From: Octopus bimaculoides | Taxonomy: Eukaryota | NCBI RefSeq assembly: GCF_001194135.2 | Contig: NC_068982.1 | Span: 122,384,850 to 122,448,849 of the forward strand | Length of the DNA: 64,000 nt | Direction: 5' to 3' | In this document: positions 54,446 to 64,000 of the stretch, in pieces | Position numbering within the stretch: the first letter of the stretch is position 1 | Layout of the letters: each line of letters opens with the position of its first letter | Program-made: the position numbers and the translations under genes | Notes under the pieces: model-generated | What the model was told of the DNA's origin: nothing | The model's database searches: none | Seen by the model: the letters and a program-made list of their open reading frames with translations, nothing else

Positions 54446-54659
54446 GACTGTTGTTTCTAGTAAGATTCTAGGAACATTAACGAAATNNNNNNNNNNTCGT
54501 ACTCCTTTCACAAACACACGCAAGTGTGCGTGTGAGGCGGAAAAAGATTCTCACCACGAAACAGATATCGTAAATGAAAAGTTTGAGAGAGATAAGATGT
54601 ATAGTAAGAAAGAATGAAAAGTAAAACCCTCTTAAGACGATTCACTCCAATCTGAATGC

Positions 54660-54760
54660 GTTATCCAACAACCAATGATGACGCATAACAACTCAGCTAT
54701 TGGAGCAACTCCGCTGGCGGGACAACCGAGCGCATGCGTATTCGCCACATGCTAGCGCAC
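54660..54760 (-). promoter_or_regulatory. Promoter-like motif cluster
   Basis: CCAAT at 54672-54676, ATTGG at 54699-54703, CRE-like TGACGCA at 54679-54685 and NRF1-like GCGCATGCG at 54730-54738, about 230-300 bp upstream of the exon ATG on the minus strand. Confidence 0.6.
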
Positions 54761-55599
54761 TTGCCCCCATTTCATTGACAGGACAGTATTGTCTCTGTTT
54801 AACTGGATTTTCGGGGCTAGGGGGGGCTTTTCTTCTCTGATTTATTTATCTATTTTTTTTTAAAGTAATACTACTATTGCGTTTATGTTTTCTTTCTTAA
54901 CTTCTTTTTCTCCACTCATTTTTTTCCCCTTTCTGACAACAACTATTTCTTGTTTATCATTGAATAAAGTTTGATAAACTCGCAGTAGAGATTAATATTC
55001 AGAAACAGCAAATTAATTCATTATAAAAACANNNNNNNNNNNNNNNNNNNNNNNNNNNNNNNNNNNNNNNNNNNNNNNNNNNNNNNNNNNNNNNNNNNNN
55101 NNNNNNNNNNNNNNNNNNNNNNNNNNNNNNNNNNNNNNNNNNNNNNNNNNNNNNNNNNNNNNNNNNNNNNNNNNNNNNNNNNNNNNNNNNNNNNNNNNNN
55201 NNNNNNNNNNNNNNNNNNNNNNNNNNNNNNNNNNNNNNNNNNNNNNNNNNNNNNNNNNNNNNNNNNNNNNNNNNNNNNNCTATCTATACAGTTGAGATAT
55301 ACCACTTTACTGTTTGTGAAAGCTGGACCTGTCATTTTGACTTCTATAAAAGCTTCAGCACATTATAAAATTTGGCTACTAATTTATTGTCCATAGAAAA
55401 GTGACCTACTTAATTGACACCATTTAATTTGAAGTCAAATCTGAGAAACCTTAATTCATTTATGGTAAAACAGATGCAAAATGTTTTACTGTGCTTGTTG
55501 TAGATAGAAAAATCTAGTTTCTCTATTGGGTCAACCATCTTAGTACAAACTAGGCTTAATATTGCCTAACTTCAATAACTTTAAAAGGACCATTATTGA

Positions 55600-56030
55600 T
55601 ATTACAATCTGTCAGTTAGCAATGGAAGGACAAGGTGCCTCATATCGAAATCTTTCTGAGAGCTGAGATCTACAGCATTGAAGCCTGCATCTTTCATCAT
55701 CTTCTCCATTGGGTTGAACATGTGATTTGGATGTCGGGCAACCAGCTCCAAAAGATAGTCTTCTTCAGCAAGATCAAGATTGGAAGTAGGCTTCATGGAC
55801 ATTCAAAACTTCATTTCCTTGATCATCTTGAGCAGTCTCTCATTTTATGCAGTGTCCCTCCCAATTTGTTGGAGCCCTTCACTGTTAACTGGAAGGCATG
55901 GAGATCTGTGTGTGATGCGAGAATAGAGCATTTTTAAATCAAATGCAGGAGACTGCATGAAGAAGAGAGGAGGACATCATCATCAACCCCCTGCAACTGT
56001 TGTTTGGGGTCACTTTTAGTGCTCTTAGTG
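55600..56030 (+). mobile_element. Old RTE ORF2 C-terminal fragment (BovB-like wording)
   Basis: LHWVEHVIWMSGNQLQKIVFFSKIKIGSRLHGHSKLHFLDHLEQSL...NWKAWRSVC aligns to the pattern LRWLGHV.RM.D.RLPK...FGEL..G.R..G.PK.RFKD.LK..L...DR..WR. Confidence 0.75.
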
Positions 56031-56374
56031 CCACAGAATCTGCTTATCTTGTACCAGTCTTGTCAGCCACAGCCAATCCCAAGAAAAACAATGTGCTGGT
56101 GGTAGAGGAGGATGAATTCATGAATCATCATCATCATCATCTTTGACGTACTGTCATAAGCAAGCAAGCAGTGTCTGTTAATCATTATTAATTTATCATT
56201 TCTGTAGTAATTAATTTAAGCCACATCTAAATTAGATTGGGAGACTGAACCCTAACTTATTACTTTGAAGAAAACCACACAAACTGTTACACCAAAGATT
56301 CTTAGCCAAGTTATAAGAACTGCTTAAGATATGTTCATACATATATACATACACACCCAAATATATATATATCA

Positions 56375-56805
56375 TACTTGAGAGGACCTGGCAGGCTGGG
56401 TGAGATCATAGTTGTGACAAATTCCAGTGTCACATAACTGGCCCATTTAAAAGCACCCTTCAATTGTTGGGTGATATGCCGTGCTTGTGAAGACCTCTTG
56501 AACCAAGTGAAATCGTAGTCAGGGCTGATGCCAGTGCCACCTGTGTCGGTGGCACGTAAAAGGCACCTTTCAAGTATGGCTGATGCCAGTGCCACCTGAC
56601 TGGCACCCATGCTGGTGGCACATAAAAAGCACCCTCTACATTCTCGGAGTGGTTGGAGTTAGGAAGGGCATCAAACTGTAGAAACCTTGCCAAATCAAAT
56701 TGGAGCCTGGTGCAGCCTCTTGGCTTGCCAGTTCTCAGTCAAACCTTCGAACCCATGCCAGCATGGAAAGCAGATGTTAAATGATGACAACAATGATGAT
56801 GATGA

Positions 56806-56809
<4 letters not shown>
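56375..56809 (+). mobile_element. RTE 3' end with repeated UTR units, followed by (TA)n(GA)n
   Basis: ORF2-end motif GATATGCCGTGCTTGTGAAGACC, repeat units GCCAGTGCCACC...GGTGGCAC.TAAAA.GCACC, AGGAAGGGCATC and a GAT tail. Confidence 0.9.
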
Positions 56810-56904
<95 letters not shown>

Positions 56905-58674
56905 CATCTATGGCCATTCCTACTTGCTTGACATTCTGCAGTAACTTTATCTTGTTTAAGACAGTTATAAGAAAACTAAAAATTAATTTTTACACATCTA
57001 TGTGAAATTTAGCATATCATAAACAATCTTTAGAGAGCTGAGCAGTGAAAAATTCTGGTGCATACATTCCTTGATAAAATTGTCTGATAAAATTCAGAAG
57101 AATTAGATTTGATAATTTTACAGATTCATTTTACTACACCTAATCTTCACACACATATGCACACGTCATTCTCACAATTTTACAAAAAAAAAAAAGATGA
57201 AAGACAAACTTTAATGATGCCAAAAACAAAATTATGCTATCCTATTAACAACCTAATGCTTACCTTGAAAGCCATTTTATCACTGTTTTCTATCTACATT
57301 AGAATAATTTGCTTGTAAGGTAAGAAAGGAATGAAAAATTGATGGCATGAACAGAGAAAAAAATAATTATGACAAATATGTTCAGTTTCTGGGAAACAAA
57401 AACTGAAACATATGATGAGATAATCATGTATTTTGGTGTGCTATCTATAACTATGAGCTCATAGAATAAATGAGTGACTGATTATATAGTGAATATGTCA
57501 ACCAGGAAGGACACATTTCTTCATAGGTGCTATCTGTAGATCAATTAACCTGGAAATAAGACACAAGTATTTTATCTCATGTTTGCTAATCTACCAAATT
57601 TTCTCACAAAATCATGAAGTTCCATTACATCAGTGCTTATCTCTTTTAAATTTTTTTATTTGCTTGGCCTTCATAAGCTCTCCATGATCAGTAAGACATG
57701 TGCTGGGAGAGATTTTCAGATAACCAAAGTTTTGGAGAAGAAGACTGGGTGTAGTAGTTAGTGCAGAGCCTGAAGGGTGGGGTGTACTAGAGAAGAGAGG
57801 AGACAGGTGAGCAAGGCACCTTAGGGTGGCAGTTACATGAGAGTAGCTTGTTACATTGTAGTAGCAGTAGAAAAGGCAAAGAGAAAAGACAGCATGTCTG
57901 GTCCAGCTAATGGAGCCTGTATAGGAGTGACTTAATACTAATTTCTATAGCACTATAGCATTTAGCAGAAAAAAAAAAACCAACCTTTCTCTGATCTATG
58001 TGATTATTTGACATGCTAGAAATAGCAACCAAATTTCCTTTCCATTTCAACCACTGCCTTAGAAAAAAATGACATTTGCTGAGTCTATTCTGTCAATGCT
58101 GACCTGAAAATTTCAGGAGAGGCTTTTTGAATTAATATATTTCATTCAGAATTGTTTACACTAGAATGGTTTATAAAGTGCAAGTCATCATCATCATCAT
58201 CATCAATAATTTCATATCTACTTTGTATTTTACCATAGATTGGATGGGTTACCATGGCCTCAGTCAGTTCTTATTGGAGTTAGTGCTATAGTAGATGTGT
58301 TAGAGGAATGTGTTTCCCTGGTACATTCCCTTTTTAGCATGGTTTCTATGGCTGGATACTCTTCTTAACACAAAAAAGGCAATAAGAAGTGAGAGACTCA
58401 ATATAGATATATTCTGCATTCCAATTTGAACCACACCACCATCAGCACCACCACCACCAACACCACAACCACTATTACCACCACCACCATCACTACCATC
58501 ACCACTGCCATTTTGACAGCAATTTAATCATTCTTGCACCAGTAAACAGGTCTTCTTCAGCACTGCATGTCACCATTCATTGTCGTTTATTGTCATTCGT
58601 TTCACAGATTATATTTTTACAGCAGGACTAAATATATATTTATAGATCATATTGTATATGACTTAAATAAGGTT

Positions 58675-58743
<69 letters not shown>

Positions 58744-59449
58744 TATGTATATACATATATATACACACATGTATGTATATAAGGTTGTTTGTTATGGCTG
58801 GTCAGAGAGTGACCATTGGTTTCACACCTATAAAGTGCTTAGCTATATAGGTATGAAACCAATGTATAGGTGTGAAACTGGCCAAAATAAACAACTTTCT
58901 AAATATTACTATAGAATAGTAAGATCTACTATTAAAGCCTGATATCTTCCAACTTTATGTTATATTATTCATATATATATATATATACATACAAAACAGG
59001 TTTCTTTTAGTTTCTGTCTACCAAATCCACTCACATGACTTTGGTTGACCAGAGGTTGGACACTTGCCCAAGGTTCCATGCAGTGGGATTGAGCCCAAAA
59101 CCATGTGGTTAGGAACTTCTTAAAACAGAGCCATGCCTGCATGTACGGATAAAAATTTTGACCAAATAGGTATTAATGAAGGGTTGAACAGTTCCTTCTC
59201 TAGCCATCTTAGATCTTTTATTGCCATAAATCATTTTTCAGAGAAGTGTACATAGTAGGCAGTCAATTTCCAATGTCATATTTCACAGGAATCAGGAGTA
59301 TATAGACCCAAAGGTGTTGTATAGTTCATGTCTCTCAAATGAGAGTGTATATCCAACAACATCTCATAAATGTCCCCACAGATGTCTCGTGTAAGGGAAT
59401 GGATCCAGATATGCCTCGCTTTCATATCACTATCATATTGAATGGAAGT

Positions 59450-59900
59450 GCATTGATTCAGAAATGACTCAAAGATATTTTACGGATGTTCTCAGTTGTA
59501 TCTAGCAAATATCTTTCAGATATTTTTACTGATGCTCCACAGCACAAATCTTACATGTATCTACCCTATGTCCTTTTTAATATGTCTTATCTTACATATG
59601 TCTTATCTTACAAATGTCTTACTCTCACAGATATCTTACAATTTTCTTGTAAATAACCTTACAGATGTCTTCCAGATTATCTCAGATATGTTACTTCCTA
59701 TAAATTTGTACTACATATGTTCTCACTCATTTATCACTGATGTATATCCCATAGATGTGTCCTAGATGTCTCACATATATTACCATAGATATCTTCATAA
59801 ATTTTCTCAGACATGTCACATAGATCATCTCACAGATATCTTCGCAGATGTCTCCATAGCACCCTCATCACAAGTATTTTCACACTTCTTATCCTTGTAA
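59450..59900. repeat. Degenerate minisatellite, roughly CTTACAGAT(A/G)T
   Basis: Many imperfect copies, e.g. CTCACAGATATCTTAC, CTTACAGATGTCTTCC, CTCACAGATATCTTCGCAGATGTCTCC. Confidence 0.65.
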
Positions 59901-62108
59901 ATGTCTACCAGATGTTCATACTGATATTCCATTAAAGTCCCTCTTATGTGTTTCCATGAATGTCCAACATATACCCTCAGAGACCATTTCTCAGATAGCA
60001 TCAAAACTGTCTTCAATGATGTTGAACTATTAACCCAATTGAATTTATGAATTAAAAATAAAAAGGAAAAGAAATGAGAAAACAAAGTTTTATTGAAATA
60101 CACATAGTTGATAGTTGTACTTCTAATACATATGTTACTTACTGAAATAGTATTCAGGGTTTATTGAGAACATCTTCATTATTAATGTTATCTCAATAAC
60201 ATGGAAGGAAATTGAGCTAGTGGGAGGTTCTGCCACCAATGAACTTTGATCAATGTGTTATCTTCATTTTCAAAGGCAGTACATAAAACAGACATTTTTG
60301 TAACAAAGACAAAAATAAAAATAATTAAAGGTTGGATAAAATTTTATGAGTTAAGGAGTTTAATTGTTTTATGTGTGGTCATGAATTAAATAAAAATTGC
60401 TGTATATCTTTGAGTATTATCTCTACCAGGAATGTCTCTAAATCCTTGGAAAGTGAATGACTGTTAGACAATCAGAGAAGTGGTTTGGGATTTATTTTCT
60501 ATTATACAAAATGTTCAGGGCCAAGGCCCTTAAATCTGAATAACAAGCTGACTTCTCTGTAAGTAGATACTACAGGGTAATATATATTATTGAAAGCTGG
60601 GATAATATTGTAAAACTAATAAATGATTATTAGCTTGAATTAGTGAGTTCAACTCTACCAAAATAAAAATATATTTATCAAGAGGCAGCCATCTTCTCTG
60701 GGTAAAATTTGTTTTCATCTATATACTGAAACAGAAATTAGGGATAAATATTGACCCAGATGTTCATGAAGTTCTGTGAAATGAAGAAAATAGAATGTAA
60801 TCTGATGGTTTGTTGAGGCACTACTGAAGATTATGTCTTTGTTTAGTTTTTCAAGTAGTTTGCCATTACCACATTGAGGCATCTTGAACAATCATGGGAA
60901 ACTGTAGCCTTTGGAAGTTTCTAAATGGCATGCTAATGAAAAATTAACTTGAATCTTTTTACTAGTAAGGCCAAGCTGATGAGGAGTCATATCTCGTGCA
61001 ACCTGCTTCTCATAAAAAACTACCTATGCTTGCTCTAGAAGGATTTAAACTCAGTCACTGCAAGCTAAGTAACATTTGTCAATTATACAGTATCCTACCT
61101 TCCTTGCACCTTTAACATCGCTTATACATCTCTGCTTTGTAGTTGTTTCTGGTCAGAATATTTTATTCTATTTAATTCACTTGACTGTTGGAAAGAAGTG
61201 CAAATGTAGCTGCTTGTAGATCAATGTCCTAATCAGAGAAGGCTTGTCTCTCATCTACTTCACTCATGTAATGAAAGGTAAGCATCAAATAATCAGATAT
61301 CTGATAATCTCTTGACTCTTAGGAGGCATTTAAAGTTCATATTTACAGAAATGAATATTCATCTATTATAAGTTAAGTGCCTTTTTTTTTCCAGGGACAT
61401 CATAAATCAGTGACAGATACAGACCATTGACATATGTATCGGTATTTTATTTATTTTCTATGACTTAGAACAGAAAGGATGTCTATAGCATTTTTCATGT
61501 CCTGCAAAACTTGTGGGAGGATAGGAGAAAGATAACCTGAATGTTTGCAACAGTGTGGACTCTGCTAAAGATAACCAAGGATCAGATGGTGTCTAACTAA
61601 ACACTGGATTAGAACTACTATCCAAGTATAACAGTATATTATTGACTTTATCAGCTGTAACTTTTATTGTACCAATTTATAGTTAACATAGTTTTATAAC
61701 TCTTTACATAATGAACTTTAAGTTAGTTAGAATATGTTTGACATATTTTAACTTCTAAAGGCAAATTCATTGCAGTTACTCTATTGGAAAAATTCTCTCT
61801 TCTGGTAAAAGGTGTAAAAACACCATATCTGCCCAGTGCCTCCCTCTAGCAGATTCCCAGATGCACGTTTCTGGCTCTTTAGCCTTCCTCAATTGGAAAT
61901 ACCAAAAAGAGATAACCCTGGGCAGATTCAAAGCTGTACCTTAAACAAAAAAAAACAAAAACAAAAACAATCAACATTAGTGACTGAGTTGTACTAGTGG
62001 ACTGCCTGGTCATTATAAAAATAGAAGCATCAGTGCCAAGCAGTGATTAGGAATAAAGAAACATTAGATTAGTTGAAATATGCTTGTAACATATTTTAAC
62101 TTCTAAAG

Positions 62109-62616
62109 CTGGGGTGGGGAAGCTTTTTAGTGCAGCAAGCAAACATTTCCTAAGAGAAAGGTCTGCAGGCGGATCACAAGTTCTAACTCTTATATCTGTG
62201 TAAATCTTGTATATATCTATGTATAATTTGATATACATTAATAAAGATAAGTTTAACACATTAAATTAACGTGTAACATCTTCATTAATGCTACCACTGA
62301 ATTTAGGACACTTATATTACTTATGAGGTATCCTATATTTTTCATCTAGAGTGCAGTTTGGTCTCAAGGAGGTGGTACAAACCTAGCAATATGTGTTTCA
62401 TAGCGAAAACATTCAAATGACAATTATCAGATGATTTCTGTTCGAGTCTGACCATTTTAAGTCATAGTGGAAATGTGACCTATGTCACAAATAGGCATAC
62501 AAATATTGTATAAATTTTACGATTGAAAAATTTACTATAGTTTGTATATCAGCCTGCGGGCACAATAAAATGGGCTCATGGGCGCATTTGTGCTTGCGGA
62601 GTGTTCCCCATCCCTG
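62109..62616. mobile_element. hAT (Charlie-like) MITE with 8-bp TSD
   Basis: TTCTAAAG at 62101-62108 and 62617-62624; TIRs CTGGGGTGGGGAA and TTCCCCATCCCTG (11/13). Confidence 0.9.
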
Positions 62617-62911
62617 TTCTAAAGGCTAATTTATTGCAGTTAGTTAATTTTAATTTGATTAACATTGGATTCAGTACAATAATCCCATGTCATGATAGCA
62701 GTTAAAATCGATAATAGTACTATGCTACTGTTGCAATATCATGAGACAGTTTTCTTTAAATATGTCTCTGTTCAAGGGGAAAAGGAATAACATATGAAAG
62801 TGTTCAGAAATATGCCAATGTTTAACTCTAGATCAGATCTGATCTGGCAGAACTATCATCAAAGCATTCCAGAGAAACTGATGTATAGACATCGATTTAT
62901 TTGAACATATT

Positions 62912-63073
62912 CAATTCCGTACAATATCAAATTTTTTGCTCCTACAACTGTTGACATGTCCAATTAATTCAATTTGAGGAATTAAATTAAATTAATTGAA
63001 ATTTTCCTCAAATTGAATTAATTAGGCATGGAAACAGCTGTTGGAGCAAAGAATTTGATATTGTACAGAATTG
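62912..63073. repeat. Long inverted repeat (70-bp arms, 22-nt spacer)
   Basis: Arms 62912-62981 and 63004-63073 match at 62/70 positions by manual alignment. Confidence 0.92.
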
Positions 63074-63159
63074 AAATATTCGAGCATGGTCATTGCCAGT
63101 GCTACTGGACTGGCTCCTGTGCAGGTGGCACGTAAAAAACACCATTTGATACATGTAAT

Positions 63160-63550
63160 CATAATTGTGTGGTTAAGAAGTTTACTTCACAGCCGTATGG
63201 TTCAGTGCCATCGCACAGTACATTGGGCAAGTGTCTTTTGTTATGTTCTCAGGTTGACTGATACCTTGTGAGTGAAATTGTGAAATTGGAGGATCGAGAA
63301 TGTGAAAACCTACACACACACACATACACACATACACATGCATATGTATGTGTGTATGTGCATATCTATATTTGAACTTTTATCATTTGACACAAGTGTA
63401 GGTTTGTTTAATCCCCCATAACTTACCAGTACAGCCAATAGAAGAGGTAATAAGCTTAAAATAAGTATTAGTACTACAGTCAATTTGATGAACCATAAAA
63501 TCCTTCAAGGTGGTGTTCCCAGTGACCAAAACAAGTAAAAGGATAAAAGA
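63160..63550 (+). mobile_element. Decayed SINE family B (preceded by an RTE UTR unit at about 63079-63148)
   Basis: TGTGTGGTTAAGAAG head, ATTGGGCAAGTGTCTT, CA-repeat middle, tail CCTTCAAGGTGGTG...AAACAAGTAAAAG. Confidence 0.75.
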
Positions 63551-63646
63551 AAGAATATATCTTCTTTTTCATATCGCTCATATAATTTTGTGTATGATAA
63601 TTTATTACCTTTGAATTTGTGGCACAGGTATAGCCTTGTGGTAAAG

Positions 63647-64000
63647 AATTTCAGAGGCATCAAGCTGTTAGATCAGGTTATGAAAGTTACAGACAGGGTC
63701 ATAGCCCAACTAATTAGGGAGCGAATCAATTTAGATGAGATGCAGTTTGGGTTCGTGCCAGGTAAAAGCACTACTGATGCCTTATTTCTAGTAAGACAGC
63801 TGCAGGAGAAATACCTAGCCAAGGATAAACCTCTGTACCTGGCTTTCGTTGACATGGAGAAAGCCTTTAACAGGGTCCCCCGATCCCTTATCTGGTGGTC
63901 AATGAGGAAACTTGGGATAGAAGAATGGTTAGTGAGAGCTGTGCGAGCCATGTACAGAGATGCTGCCAGTAAGGTGAGGGTTGGAAATGAGTACAGCAAT
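63647..64000 (+). mobile_element. 5'-truncated RTE LINE, RT region, runs off the window end
   Basis: NFRGIKLLDQVMKVTDRVIAQLIRERINLDEMQFGFVPGKSTTDALFLVRQLQEKYLAKDKPLYLAFVDMEKAFNRVPRSLIWWSMRKLGIEEWLVRAVRAMY, open frame. Confidence 0.95.

Larger units (their letters stand above)
51540..54990. promoter_or_regulatory. CpG-enriched domain around a probable transcription start
   Basis: Visibly more CG dinucleotides than the CpG-poor non-repeat sequence on either side, and few interspersed repeats. Judged by eye, not computed. Confidence 0.6.

Overview
AT-rich eukaryotic draft-genome window with seven N-gaps (1292-1560, 14886-15318, 29578-29636, 42968-43649, 47322-48174, 54487-54496, 55032-55279). 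It is dense in (TA)n/(GA)n microsatellites, tRNA-derived SINEs, RTE-clade LINE fragments with (GAT)n tails, and DNA-transposon MITEs. The repeat families resemble those I recall from Octopus (inference, not searched). Almost all long ORFs in the supplied track are artefacts of gaps, microsatellites or decayed retroelements. The only host-gene signal I can support is a minus-strand coding exon at 54416-54445 (MIPEFELWIK followed by GTAAGT). It resembles the first coding exon of CLIC-family chloride intracellular channels and sits beside a CpG-rich promoter-like region (CCAAT boxes, NRF1-like motif). If correct, most of the window is one very long intron. Mobile elements include a Penelope-like RT remnant, several RTE lineages (one young, encoding a PHD finger after the RT core and carrying repeated pseudoknot-like motifs in its 3' UTR), an odd LTR-like composite, piggyBac-type TTAA elements, a hAT MITE with an empty paralogous site, a Helentron-type element and foldback elements. 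I found no CRISPR array, rRNA, bona fide tRNA gene or demonstrably new multi-gene system. The findings are hypotheses of modest to moderate interest.
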